Part shown: positions 16,087-29,230 of the stretch, one piece after another | Layout of the letters: each line of letters starts with the position of its first letter | Numbering within the stretch: the first letter of the stretch is position 1 | DNA from: the human T2T-CHM13v2.0 reference genome, Homo sapiens | Reading direction: 5' to 3' (one strand) | Length of the DNA: 64,000 nt | Assembly: GCF_009914755.1 (NCBI RefSeq) | Contig: NC_060925.1 | Translations under genes and position numbers: made by a program | The notes under the pieces: model-generated | Told to the model about the DNA's origin: nothing | The model's database searches: none | What the model saw: only the letters and a program-made list of their open reading frames with translations

Positions 16087-18608
16087 AGGTAAAACTCTAA
16101 AAAGAGTTGTCCTGTGCTGCCAGGGGTCCCTCTGGGACCTGCCCGTGAGTAGGTGAGAGGTTTAGGCAAAGGGTAGTGTTATGCCTCCTGCCCTAACCCA
16201 GTGGTAAAAGCCATGTAGATTGGGCTACCTGTGCACCTAGGAGGGCAGAGGCAAAACCTGCAAGCAGAAAGTTAGGAGGTAGACACCCATGGGCATGTAC
16301 TGTGCCTGCTAAATGTGTGGCAGTGACTGGCTGGGTTGGGGGTGCTGGAGAATTAGAAGACTGGTAGCTTCTCGGGGATACTGCAAGACTAGGGGATTTG
16401 CACATGAATAACTATGGGCCAGTTTTAAAATAGGAAACATGCTTAAGCTGAGTGCTGGCACAAAGGCTAACTCAGCTATCCACAAGTGGTTCTTCAAGGA
16501 GATGCTTTATTCATCCTCACTTTTTGCTCAGACAGCTCTGTGTCTTGTGATGTGGGAGGGGCTGGGCCTGCATCTTCAGGGAGTGAGTGGCTGGGTGCAT
16601 TTCAAACATACGTATGTGTATTTTTACACAGCAGCGTGGACATGGGTATGATTTGTGGAGTTCTTTTGTAGTTGCTTGAAGCATCAGTGTCAAGGTCAGT
16701 GAACCTTTTCTTTTTCTTTTCTCCTTTGGTCAGCCTGCTCACCAAAGAGACATATTTACGTGTGTGTGGAGAAAGATGCTTTACTTCTGAGTCTAAATTT
16801 TGCCTTCAGTGTAATCCAGAATTTATGCCCCAAATTTCTAAGTCCCAAACTGATTGGCACGCAGAAAAACTGAAAAACAGGGATTTCTTGCACAGGGCAA
16901 GGAAAACCATCCTAAGCCTATTCAGTGAGTTTCTTTTTCTTGCTGTTTTGATCCTGTGGGGATGTATCAGGATTTTCCTGTAACACTCCTTGGTCAGTTA
17001 GGGGATCTTTTGGGTGCCCTTTGTTGCCTGTAGAAAAGGATCAGGAAGGAAGGTCACTTCTCCTTTCTCAAAGAGAATTTTAAAGAAGGCTATTATTGGG
17101 AAGCTCAAAACTTGGCAGGATAATTTTCCAGTAAGAACCATGGACACTGAGTCATTATCTTTGTCCGTTGAAACAAGAGCTGTGTGCAAAATTAGACAGG
17201 AATATTTAGACAGAGAGTTGTCTTGATTTGACAGTGGCATCTGGAGATACTTCTGTCATTCCTGTTAAGCAACAGCCAGGAACTCGGGAGAGCCAGTGGA
17301 AAGGAGAGCTGGTGGGAGTGAGTGAGTTCGAGGGTCCTGCTCTTTCTGGAGTTGCACATATGGAGGGGTGGGAGCCCCACGGAGGTGGTTTGTGAGAAGT
17401 GAGGATGGCCCGAGTCCCCAAGGGGAGATAGAACTGAAGGCATGGATTCAAAGAAATTTATGCAGGTGGAATTTCTAGACTGACTACCTGACTGGATATA
17501 TGGCTGAGATTTCTAATCAGGGGGAGGAGCTGGTTGATGGAGGAAGAGCTGGTTTGGGAGAAGGTGGTCATCTTAGTTTTAGACATGATGGGAGCCTATG
17601 GGACTTCTTTCCATCCTGTTTGATATAATTTGCATACGGTAAATTCATCCTTCTTAGTGTGCAGTTCTGCGCAGTTTGACAAACGCACATAGTCACATAA
17701 CCCCTACCACAATCAAGCTATAGAACAATTTCATCACCCTCCGAAATTTCCCTGCACCCCTTTCCAGTTGCCTGTGGGTCTTTGAAGTGGTGATGCGGTA
17801 TGTGTGTGTGTAACTTGGTTTGTTCTGGAAATGGGTTCGGTTGTTGAGAGGTCCTGCCTGGCCTGAGTGTGGGGAGGCATCAGTGCAGAGCCTGTGGAGG
17901 GGCTCTGGCACCCCAGGAGCCAGTGCAGATGGCAGGGAGGCAGGGGTGTCGAGGACCAGCCTGGGAACTCCCAGGCCTTGGAGTAGGTGGAGAAAGAGGA
18001 GCTGGGGGAGGAAGCTGAGGAGGTGAGGCCAGAGAGGAGGGAGGAGGGAGGGCTTCTGGGAAGAGTGTGGGGCCAGCAGGGAACACTGTGGGGCAGGGGG
18101 TGGCTGAGGAGACCCACTGGCTTGAGCCCTCAGGTGTCACAGAGGGGCAGCTTGGGGTTGGGGCCAGAAAGTGTGTGCCGAGGGAGCAGGGAAGATGGCA
18201 AGTGCACTCCATCCTTGGGAGATGGTAGCCATGTCCAGAGGGTGGAGGAGAAGCAGAGCCTATGGGAGGTTTATTTAAATGTTTGGTACAGGAGAGCAGA
18301 GAGTGGGCTTGTGGGCTTCAGGGGAGGGCTTTTATGATTGAAGGCAAAAGAAAAAAATAGGTCAGGGGCAAGGTCTTGTTGCGGGAAGGAGGAGGGATGG
18401 TCAGTGTGGGAGGAGATTGGACAGAGGCAGGGGAAGGGTCTGAGAGATGTGGCCAAGAATGTGCGGGCCCTCCTATCTGGTTGCCCCCATTTCTGGAGTA
18501 ACAAAGGTCCGCTAAAGAGGGGTCGAGGCCTTCTGTTTAATGTGAGAGGGCCAGGGGTGGGGGCTTGAAGAGCCTTAGGTGCCTCAGCATCCTTTGAGGA
18601 GTTGTACC

Positions 18609-18610
<2 letters not shown>

Positions 18611-18698
<88 letters not shown>

Positions 18699-18724
18699 GA
18701 GAGAGAGAGTGTGTGTGTATGTGT
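18611..18724. repeat. (GA)n microsatellite (~42 pure units) followed by (GT)n
   Basis: Read directly from the sequence. Confidence 0.97.
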
Positions 18725-21169
18725 AGAAGGGAGGCAGGAAGGTAGGTGTTTCCGGGTCATTTGGAAAAGCCCAGTCCCTTATCTCTCCCTACCTCTGCAC
18801 CGTCCACTGGAATTTTCCATTTCCCAGAGGTGTGTTTCCTGAGAGACAGAGAGGCTGTAGCGCCCCTCTCTGCCTTTCTGAAGACAGCAGGGTTGGTCTG
18901 CCTCTTACCTCTCACTATTTCATAGAATCTCTAGAAGGATCAGTATCTGCGTTGTTTTGAGCATTACTCTTTCTAGACCCCGTTACATCCCAGCTTTCAG
19001 AACAGCCCTGTGTGTGCTCTCCTTGCTGACTTTCTGCACTCCAGGGATGCATGGCCCTTTCCTAATCTCTGGGAACTAGACCTCCTCCAGGTCAGTCGCC
19101 TCACTTACACATGAGGAAATGAGAAAACGCAGGCCCCAAGAGGAGAAGCGGTGTGCCTGAGGTCACCCGCGCTTGGTGGCCTTGCTGTTGGTCCTCCCCG
19201 TCGGCCCTCATCACAATATATGCGGTGTCATCTGGGAACTGGAGGACCTGGTGGCAAGTCCCTGCTGTTCACGGGGCTGGATGAGGGGTCCTGGGGACAG
19301 TCCACATGAAAAGAAATGTTAAAGTTCAAGCTCAGAGCCTGGGCCCCAGCCCAGTGTTTGTTCTGTGCTTGGCACATTTTTTGTTTGGCACTGATACTGG
19401 CTCAGAGGAGGGTAAAAGTAAGAGTCGATTGCCCGGTAAGCTGAAGGTGGTTACTGTTTGACACGTGCTTGAGCAAACATCTCTAATCTTCCCGAGATTG
19501 AAAAAATCCTGTGGCTCTTGCTCCCTAAGGTGTTTACAGCCAGCATGTGGTCAAGGGTTGGACATTGTGCTGCCGCGATGCCTGTTGTAGCTGCTGTTTA
19601 CACCTGCTTGGTGCTCACGGTTCATGGGCCAGGGCTGATTGGCCTGCTGAGGAACAGCTGCCTGCTGGCTTCAGCCCCTCCTCTTTTCCCTCAGTCTTAG
19701 ACAGGGACGGGGGTGACGCAGAGGAAGCAGTAGCAGTGACTGCGTCCCCTGCTCCCTCCCTGGGTCTGTGTGCCCACCATGAGCGGGATTATGAAGCTGG
19801 CTTGGAAACTCATCTGGCTTTTGCTCCTGTAAAAATCACTTTTTGAACAGGGTGCTGCTGCCATTTCTGTGGCTGTGCATGTTGGGGATTCAGGTTCCCC
19901 TGGTGCTCAGCCTCCTCGGTGGTCTCTTCAGTCCTGGGCTCTCGATGAGGGAGCTCAGGAAGCCACGGAGCCTGGGTGCCTGGGTCCTGCCTCACTGACT
20001 CATAATGCTAATAAACTCGTGTGTATGAGGACAGTGCCAGACCCCGTTGGGGGTACAGAACTGGGAAAGAGAGGGCCCCTCCCTCCGGAGCTTACCTTGC
20101 AGTAAGGGAAATGGGACAGGCACACACAGAGTCATACAGGGCATGGCGAGGTGACCTTAGGCCATTAAGAGATGAGGGAGTTTAGAGGAAAGGAGATGAC
20201 TTGCCTATGGAGGGGTTTACCAGTCCAGCAGGGTGGCCAAGATTCCAGCAGGGGAAATGATATTCCATGGGGAGGAGGGAGCAGGATGTGGAAGCTGGAA
20301 AACCTGTGTGGGTGTTGGGCGGGGCCGGGGGTCCATTCTGGCTGAAGCGTTGGGGCACGGAGGCATCTAGCGAGAGGTATCGCTGCAGAGGTGTCTGGGG
20401 CTCCACAGTGAAGGGCCTTGCTGGCCAGGCCAGACCAGGGAGAGTGGAGATCAGCAAGGAGATGGCCACCTCTCCTGGGTCTGTGGTCCCCTTGCACCCT
20501 GCTGAGCCTCTTCTCATTTCTCGTTGCGTGTGTGGTTGTTGTCTGTCTAGGATTGCCCCTTGTCTGGGTTAACTGGGTGATTTTAAAAGCTATCGAGGTT
20601 TTACATACACATGTAGTGCCTAAGGGTTGTGTGTGACCTCAGGGCAGAACATGTTTATTTAACTTCCATACCAGTGATGTGTGCATGTCCACACCTGGCC
20701 TGTGTGTGGCATTTGGAGGTGATGCTAATAAAGGTTGGTGCTGGTGTTGAGTGTGGCAAGACTGAGGGCCGTGTGCCCGATGGCTCCTCCTAGCTCTTGC
20801 ACACCCAGAGGCAGTCTTCAGTGTAGGGCGTCTGCCTCTTTCCACTATTTATGTTTAAGATCAAACTGGCTCTGGAACCAAGCTTTGCCTCTAGTGGGTA
20901 GGATCACTGGTGCTGAGAATTGTGATACCCTCAGTCCTGGCAGCTGACAAACTTTCCAGAGCAGGGAGTTTGGCCAGATGGCCTTTGAGAGCCCAGCTGG
21001 CCCCAGAATTTTTATGACTCAATTTTCTGTAACCAGGAAGACACATTTCAGGATGTAAACCTTGCTGATGTCTCATATTGAGTGACTATTGATTTAACAA
21101 AAAAGGAGTTATTGATTTGGGGCAGTGTTCTTCTCTGCTATCTCTCAGCTTCCTAGGCAGTAAGAAGAA

Positions 21170-21370
21170 AGGACTGGAGCCTGAGTCAGACAGGTGTGGA
21201 AGGGTCCAGCATCCCACAGCTTTGGCCCTTAGGAGATTGCTCAGCCTTGATGAGCTTTAATTATCCTATCAATGAGTGGGGATAATACCTCACCAGGTCT
21301 TTGTAAGAACTAGAGGTAATATAAAGTGACAGGCAGACAGAGGGGAATAATAAATGGTAGCTGTTCTTGT
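21170..21370. mobile_element. MIR
   Basis: GGACTGGAGCCTGAGTCAGACAG...GGGATAATACCTCACC, a MIR-like core. Confidence 0.55.
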
Positions 21371-21381
21371 TATTATTCCTA

Positions 21382-21719
<338 letters not shown>

Positions 21720-21959
21720 TATATATATATATATATCTATCTGCCTGGCATGTAGTATGGGCCCAATATAGAGAAAGTCAACAGGACTCCGTCATTAAGA
21801 ACAGGAATGCACTGAGCTGTCTGTGGGGTAGTCTACCACCCAGCTTGGTGCCTCGCACTTGGTTGGCATTCAGTAGTATTTGTGGAGTGACCAAAGTTAA
21901 TTTAGAAGAATGGTCTGGAAATTATTCTAGAATACAGCCCCTCTCCCCAACCCAAGGAT

Positions 21960-22430
21960 CTGCTTTAATTTCCTATGGCTGTTGTGATAAATTACCACAA
22001 AGTTTGTGGCTCAAAGCATCATAAATGTATGATCTTACAGTTCTGGAGGTTAGAAGTCTGAAATTGGTCTCACTAGGCTAGAATCAAGGTATCAGCTGGG
22101 CTGGTTCATTTCTGGAGGCTCAAGGGCAGGACCCGACCCCTTGCCTTTTCCAGCCTAGAGGCTGCCTGCATTCCTTGGCTTGTGGCCTCTTCCTCACAAT
22201 GGCATCACTCCAGCCTCACTTCTGTCTCCCATCACCTCGTTCTGACTCTGCCCTGCCTGCCTCCCTCTTATATGGGCCCTTGTGATTACATTGGGCCCAC
22301 CTGGATAATCCCCCATCTCAGGATCCCTGACTTCATCATATCTGCAAAGTCCCATTTGCAGGTAACATTCACAGGTTCTGGGGATTGTGGTATGGGTATC
22401 TTTGAGACACCATTATTCAGCCTACCACAG
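21960..22430. mobile_element. MLT1 (MaLR) LTR
   Basis: AAATTACCACAAA...CAGTTCTGGAGGTTAGAAGTCTGAAAT...GATTACATTGGGCCCACCTGGATAATCC...CACAGGTTCTGGGGATT. Confidence 0.8.
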
Positions 22431-23679
22431 CCACCCACAGTATTTTGGCCAGATTTAAAGACAACCCTGTAAGCGTCTGAAAGAAACGTTGAAAGAAACC
22501 CTTCAACCTCAACTTTAGGATCCTTAATTACCTTCCTGGGTGGCAGTGGTTCGTGAATTCAGTCAACGCTTGCGCTTGTAATTTGTGTGGGTGGATCACT
22601 CTGTGTGTGTGGGTGGAGTGGGAAGAGTCAGAGTTGTCTGAGACAAGAGCCTCCCACAAGGAGCTTATAGTTTGAAGAGAAGAGAGGTCCATGTGCAAGA
22701 AGAAGAGTAACTTACAATGTAGGAATCTGACCAGCAAGTTAGATCAGCTGTCAGGAGAACGTAAATATGGAAGAGCTGGGAATCAAGGGCCTGAATAGGA
22801 ATACGTTCTTGAATTTATATGGTGCTTTAACACATTTCAAAGTATATCCACCCACCCCTCCATTTATATTGGACAATATAATAACTTATACCATCATTTC
22901 GAGGAGAGGAAACAGGTCAGAGATGGTTCGAGAATATGCCTGGAGCAGCCCAGCTGGTCAGGGCAGAGCTGATTCCCAGCCCCAAGGCCCCAAGGCCCTC
23001 ACCCTTGGCTAATGGGTGGGTTTTCAGACGTACAGAGATGAAGGGGCGAGCGGGCCTGCCTGAGAAAGTAGGACCTGCAGAGTGGAGTGCGCTCACATGG
23101 CTCGCGCGTAGCTGGAGGCTGGAAAGGAGGCCGGGGGCCTGATTTCGATGCCTGGGACTTCAGGCGCAGGAGTTTGGGTTTTATATATATGTCTACATAC
23201 ATGTCTACAGGTAGAGGAGCCATTTGAGCAACGCGTTGGCATGATGAACGTGGGTTTTTTTATAGGGAGAGGAATCTGGCAGGAGAGTGTTCCATGGCTC
23301 GGAGCTGGGGAGCTTGTGGGAGTTAGAGGGGTTTTCTTCCCAACTGCCTCTCCCTGAATGTACCTGGACAAAAGCCTCCCATGCTGTTTTCTCCTTTAAG
23401 GTGAAGTGGTAAGGAATACCAGTGGACATTTGTGTCCCTGGTTTCGAAGCAGGCTGCCAGCACTTTGGACTGCCTCTCCTGAATGATGCCTCATACCACA
23501 GCACTAAATAAACCACACTGGTCCTCCCCAGCCCAGCCTTCCTCCCAACTCAGGTATGAGACTGTGCCTGGCAGGAACAACTGCGGGTTATCCAGACTGA
23601 TCCCATTCACCCTAACCGTTGGTCTCACCAAGTCTGAACTTCATTCCAGAATGTCTGTGTGCTTGCAATACTACTACTA

Positions 23680-23890
23680 ATAATAATGGCATTAGCTAAT
23701 GGTTTTTAAGCACCTACTATATGTCCTGAATGCTGTTACATGGATTTATCCAGTCCTTTCAAGAACAGATGAGGAAACTGAGGCACAAAGATAAGCTCAC
23801 ATGACTTGATTTAGGTCACACTAGCAAGTCAGTGGCAGAGTCATGATGTGAACCCAGATCACCTAACCTCAGAGCATCTTAACCATGTCA
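23680..23890. mobile_element. MIR
   Basis: MIR core ACAGATGAGGAAACTGAGGCACA. Confidence 0.7.
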
Positions 23891-24359
23891 CCAGTATCAC
23901 TTCCTGAGCCAAATATTTTAATTTAAATGTTTTAAGCAGTAAACTTCACTAGGTTTTTAGTCAGAAAACTAAATTGCCATCAGGACCTTGCGCTTGGCTG
24001 GTTGGCCTTTAAAAGCCTTGTGTGTCATCGGCTATATCAACTCACAGAGTGGGAGAGGCTGCTTGGGACCCTCTGTTGCCTGCCTGTGGTTGGAGCTCTG
24101 AGCCCATGCAGGTTCGCTCACAGTGTTGGGTCCTTCTCTGGACTATCATCAGAGGCTGGAACTTTGCCTTCTGCTGCTTTTATATCACCCCCAACCCTGC
24201 CCAGCTCCCAACCCAGTGCTCACCACAGGGCAACTCACCCAGGGAATCCTAAGAATATCTTAATCTTCCAATGGATGGAGAATGGAGGTTTGCAGCCTGG
24301 GACATCAAAAACACACTGTTTTGCTCTTTTTCTCCTCTTACCTGTTAAACAGGTTGCCT

Positions 24360-24580
24360 AGCTCCTGAGCCATGATGGATCCAGGTCCCAGCTTTACTTC
24401 TTAAAAGCTGTGTGACTTCGGGCAAATTACTTAACCACTCTGTGCCTTAGCACCCTCATCTGTAAAATGGGCATAATTTACCTTTTGAAAATGATTGAGT
24501 TAATACATCTTTGTGCTAAGTAGAACACTGAGCCCAGAGCCTGGCATATACTAAACCCAGCAAAAGCAGCTGTAGTTATC
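24360..24580. mobile_element. MIR
   Basis: TGTGTGACTTCGGGCAAATTACTTAACC...CTCATCTGTAAAATGGG. Confidence 0.7.
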
Positions 24581-25609
24581 ATTGGCATGGTGGGCTGGTT
24601 CTGCTGCTCACAAAATGAAAACATCTGTGAAACTGGTTTCATTCATGGGGGAGAATGTCAGTGCCTAGTTGCTTGCTTTTTTTTTTAAGAAAAAATTAGC
24701 AGTATGGGATTCAGTGCCTGCTTTCAACAAGCTCTTGTTTATGTTATTAGCACAAGAATGTATAATTTTTAAACAGTTCAAAGAAAAACCCCAGTAGTCT
24801 GGGAGCAACTTTCAAGGGAACTTGAAGTCCTTAGCCTAGAAGGCAAGTTGAGCCCTGGAAACTCCCTTTCTTACAAGGCATGACCCACTGGGACATCCAG
24901 AGGCTGTGGGTACAGACCTGTGTGAGGGCCATGGTGAGCTCAGACCTCTCTGCCGGGGCAGACAGGCCAGCGTATGTGGCTCACCAGGAGGCCACCAACG
25001 CCCTGCAGTCAGAAGGGACTCTATGTGGGGCATGGGGTGGAGGCAGCAGCGTGCGTCCCTGTCTGCCTCTGTGTCTCCCCTGACCACCCCCTGACCCCAC
25101 ACCCACGTCAGTGCTTGCCTTGCAAGGGGGTTCTTGTAAAGGAGGCTGAGAAAGTGGAGGGATGAAGGAATGATTAGATGGTGGATGATTTTATATCAGC
25201 CCAAGCCCAAGCCGTGGACCAACAACGTGGAGGGGAATGCGGGTGTCTGCAGTTAGGCTGTGAGCCTCCTGAAGCGACAGGAGGAGGGAGGAGAGCTGTA
25301 CAGAAAGTTGGCATTGGACAACCCCTCCCAGCCCCCCAGGCCTGTCCCTTCATGAGCAGTACTTAGGGGCCACCCTGGCCTGGATAATACAGTACCAGGT
25401 GGCTTGCCTTTCTCTGGCTTCACCTGGGGGCCTGTGGGTGTTGGGCAGCTCTGTGTCTGGCGAGGTGAGCCCATTTCTCAGGGTCAGGAGCAGAACTATA
25501 ATGGGGGGGTCCTTGCCCCAACACGAGCCTTATTGGGGTGTTCTCATTCAACTCTGGTGACCTTCCAAATTTCCTGGGACAGCTGTGGTTTTTACTCTTG
25601 CCCTAGAAT

Positions 25610-25862
25610 ATGAGTCGACAAATAGTAAATATTTTGGGCTTTATGGGTCATAGATCTTTCTTGCAACTGCTGAACTTTGCTGTTGTAGCCAAAAAAGAAA
25701 AAAAAAAGAAAGCAGCTAGGGACAATACATATGTAAACGAATGAGCTATACGTAATCTATAAATGGGTGAGCAGGCTGTGTTCCAATAAAACTTTATTGA
25801 CAAAAAAGCAAGCAGTAGGACTGGATTTGGCTTGAGGACCATGGTTTGCTAACCCCTGCCCT
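25610..25862. mobile_element. MER58-like hAT element
   Basis: ATAGTAAATATTTTGGGCTTTATGGGTCATA...TGTGTTCCAATAAAACTTTATT...GTTTGCTAACCCCTG. Confidence 0.7.
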
Positions 25863-26311
25863 GGAAGGACACTAATTATGTGTCTTAATTTTTGTTGCAA
25901 AAGATGTGGTCACTGCACCTACTACCCAGTTCTAAACTAGGATCCTGTTTTTTTGAGGATCGGGGGTAAGCACCCTTTCATTATTTCCGTCTTTTAACCC
26001 AGAGGCCAACATTAGGGAAGGCAGGCAGACCCGCTGCTTGTTCCAAGTGATTTTTTTCCCCACTGTCCCGAGAAGGGCAGTTGAGCCTCTCTCTCCAAAT
26101 TGGAGGTGCCACTTTCCATCCGCCTGGTGGCCTGTTAGGAGCAGTTGTCTTCTGATGAAGGACAGTGGCTAAACAAGGAGAGGCAATGTTTATGCCATTC
26201 CAATCTGCTGCCTAACCCTTGCCCGTTCTGCTATGGACAAGCACTTAGGGGATGGGGAATACATTTGTGTGCTTGCTTACTTTTTAAAATTTTAATAAAA
26301 GATATTTAAGA

Positions 26312-26629
<318 letters not shown>

Positions 26630-26923
26630 TGATATTATTTTTATAACATTTATTTTCTATTGTAAAAGTAGTTCATGTTCTTTGTAGAATATTTTAGAAA
26701 ATATAGATACAGGTACAAAGGCTGTATCTATATACAAATCTTTCTATAAAGAAAGATTTGTCTTCCCACCACTGCATGAAAAGCAACGTTCCTGTTTTTG
26801 CTTCCTGTCACCTCCCTCCCTTTCTTCTCTCCTTTCCTGCTCCAAAAGGAAAGATGATAGTTTTGTGACCTGCTTTTTATTTCCCGGGAATATATAATAA
26901 TACACTTTCTTATTTGTCAGTAA

Positions 26924-27245
<322 letters not shown>

Positions 27246-28321
27246 CACAGTGTCATTTTCAATGACTATGTGGAATGCCCTCCTATGACTATTCCACCGT
27301 TTAGCTAACTAATCTTAGGCAAGGTTGTGATGTTTACATTCTTGTAGTGAATGTTCACATCTGTTTTTAGGGAGATGTAATTTGACAGGTTTTGCCAGGC
27401 AGGGCCTGAGGAGAAGGGGAGAGGGGACTTCCTGGAAGATGTGCTCTTTGGGGCCAGCTCTGAGAGCCCAGCCCTGGGGTAGACTCTTGAGTACAGGCTC
27501 CTGGGCTCCCGCTGTGAAGGTCTCACTCAGCAGGCCTGTGCTGGGGCTCACTGACGGGGGAAGGACGGAGGCTTTTTTCCCTCTTTCTCATCTCCTGGGT
27601 TCTTCATGTGTTCAGTTGTCTTTGAAAACTGGTAGCAGGTGAGGATATTTCAGGACCTACTGACAGAGACCCTGAAGCTGGACCTCGCGAGATAGAAGCC
27701 GGGAGTTGCCCGAGATGTTTGAGTGATGCTCCCTGGTGTGTGATCATAAAGACTGAGGTGAAGGTTACATCTAAAGAGACTCATGGAGTTTGGTTCAGAA
27801 GTTTGAAGTCTTTGCCCCAACACATACATTCTTGTGAGTCCTTGGAGGAAACAGTCAATTGTTTTCTTTTTCTAAGAGTAAAAAAGGAAAAATTTCAAGG
27901 ACGTAAAGGAATGTTTCAGTGCCCACACAGGCTAGAAATTGAGAATGTTCATGCCCAAAGTGAAAAGACAGTTCCTGGCTGGGAGGGGGGCAGAAGGCCA
28001 CTGCCAGCCCCTCAGGGTATCCTGAATATCATTAAACAGTCCTTGCCAAAGCATCCTTGAATTGACAGTCTTGAGAGCCTTTGGAGGTCTGCTCTGTGGG
28101 TCACGGTCTCTAAGCTCATTCACTTTTGATTTCCTTTTTCTGTTTCTTGAAGAATAATGGAAAAAGAAGGGGCAGGTGGAAGACTTCCGCCTAAGGGCAA
28201 AGCCAGACTCTTGGGAAGAGGGTTTCAGGGGGAGACTCTTAGGAAAGGGTCTCTGTGGAGGCATCCTGCCTGGCCATAGGCATGGGCCACCTCTGCTCCC
28301 CTTCCCTCTCTTCCTCCAGAA

Positions 28322-28502
28322 CCGGGGTTCTCAAAGTAAGTTCCTGGGACCTGCAGTGTCAGCAGCACCTGGGAACTTGTTAGAGATGCAGATTCCCGGG
28401 CCCCACCCCAGACCTGCTGAGACGGAACCCTTAGGGGTGTGGCCCAGCACTCTGGACTCGTCTTAAGGTGATTGAGACGTTCGCAGCAGCTTGAGGACCA
28501 GT
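28322..28502. mobile_element. MER5A-like hAT element
   Basis: GGTTCTCAAAGT...CAGCACCTGGGAACTTGTTAGAGATGCAGATTCCCGGGCCCCACCCCAGACCTGCTGA. Confidence 0.8.
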
Positions 28503-29230
28503 GCCTCAGACCAGCCTCCTGAGAGGCCCTTGATTCTGTATGTGGAGTAAAAGTTGCCAGCAAGTGTGAGCCAGCCAGAGAATAGCAGGCTTTCTCAAAC
28601 TTTGGAGGGACCAGCTGAGTTCATTTCCTTTGGCAAATATTAATGACCTGTCTGCTCAATCCTGAGCATGGTGTTCGGTGCTGGAGAGAGGAAGACAGAT
28701 GTGGTCCTTGTCCTATGGCTGATGGTCCTTGTAGTCCTTGTCCTGTGGCTGATATCCGACTGGGGAGAGAGTTAGGCAGATTCAGGAAGTGGTCACTGCT
28801 GTGCTGGAGGGGATGGGCACAGGGTGCTGGGAGGCATGTTGGGGAAGCCTTCCCAGAAGAGGTGATGTTGGTGCTGAGATCCGGGAGGAGGAGAGGAGGT
28901 GTGCCCCCTCTGCACAGGCCTGCAGGAGGAAGCCTCTCTGGTTCCAGGAGTGGGTTGGCCTGGCTGGAACCTAAAGGCAGTGGAGGGAAGGGCAGAGCCA
29001 TGGTGAACGGTTGCTGCATCACCCAGTGGGAATATCAGATGCTTGAGGGCAAGGGAGGAGGCTTGAAAGAAGCGTATGGTGGCCACATTCCTCAGGGTGG
29101 GAGCCCTGGGAGGATGAGGTGTGGGTGGTAAGGTCAGTTTGGGACGTACTTCCTATAGGAGGTACCTATAGGTGGTTGGGGTGCTAGGCTTGCAGCAGAC
29201 AGCTGCCCTGGGGAAGGCTTCTCAGCGTGG

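Noticed and set aside
16435-16444. p53 response element (COQ8A/CABC1 was reported as p53-inducible)
   Set aside because: Only isolated half sites were seen (AAACATGCTT near here, GGGCATGCTC at 57221), with no adjacent second half site.
28704-28753. ~30-nt local duplication GTCCTTGTCCT(A/G)TGGCTGAT
   Set aside because: Small slippage duplication in probable L2 sequence with no functional clue.
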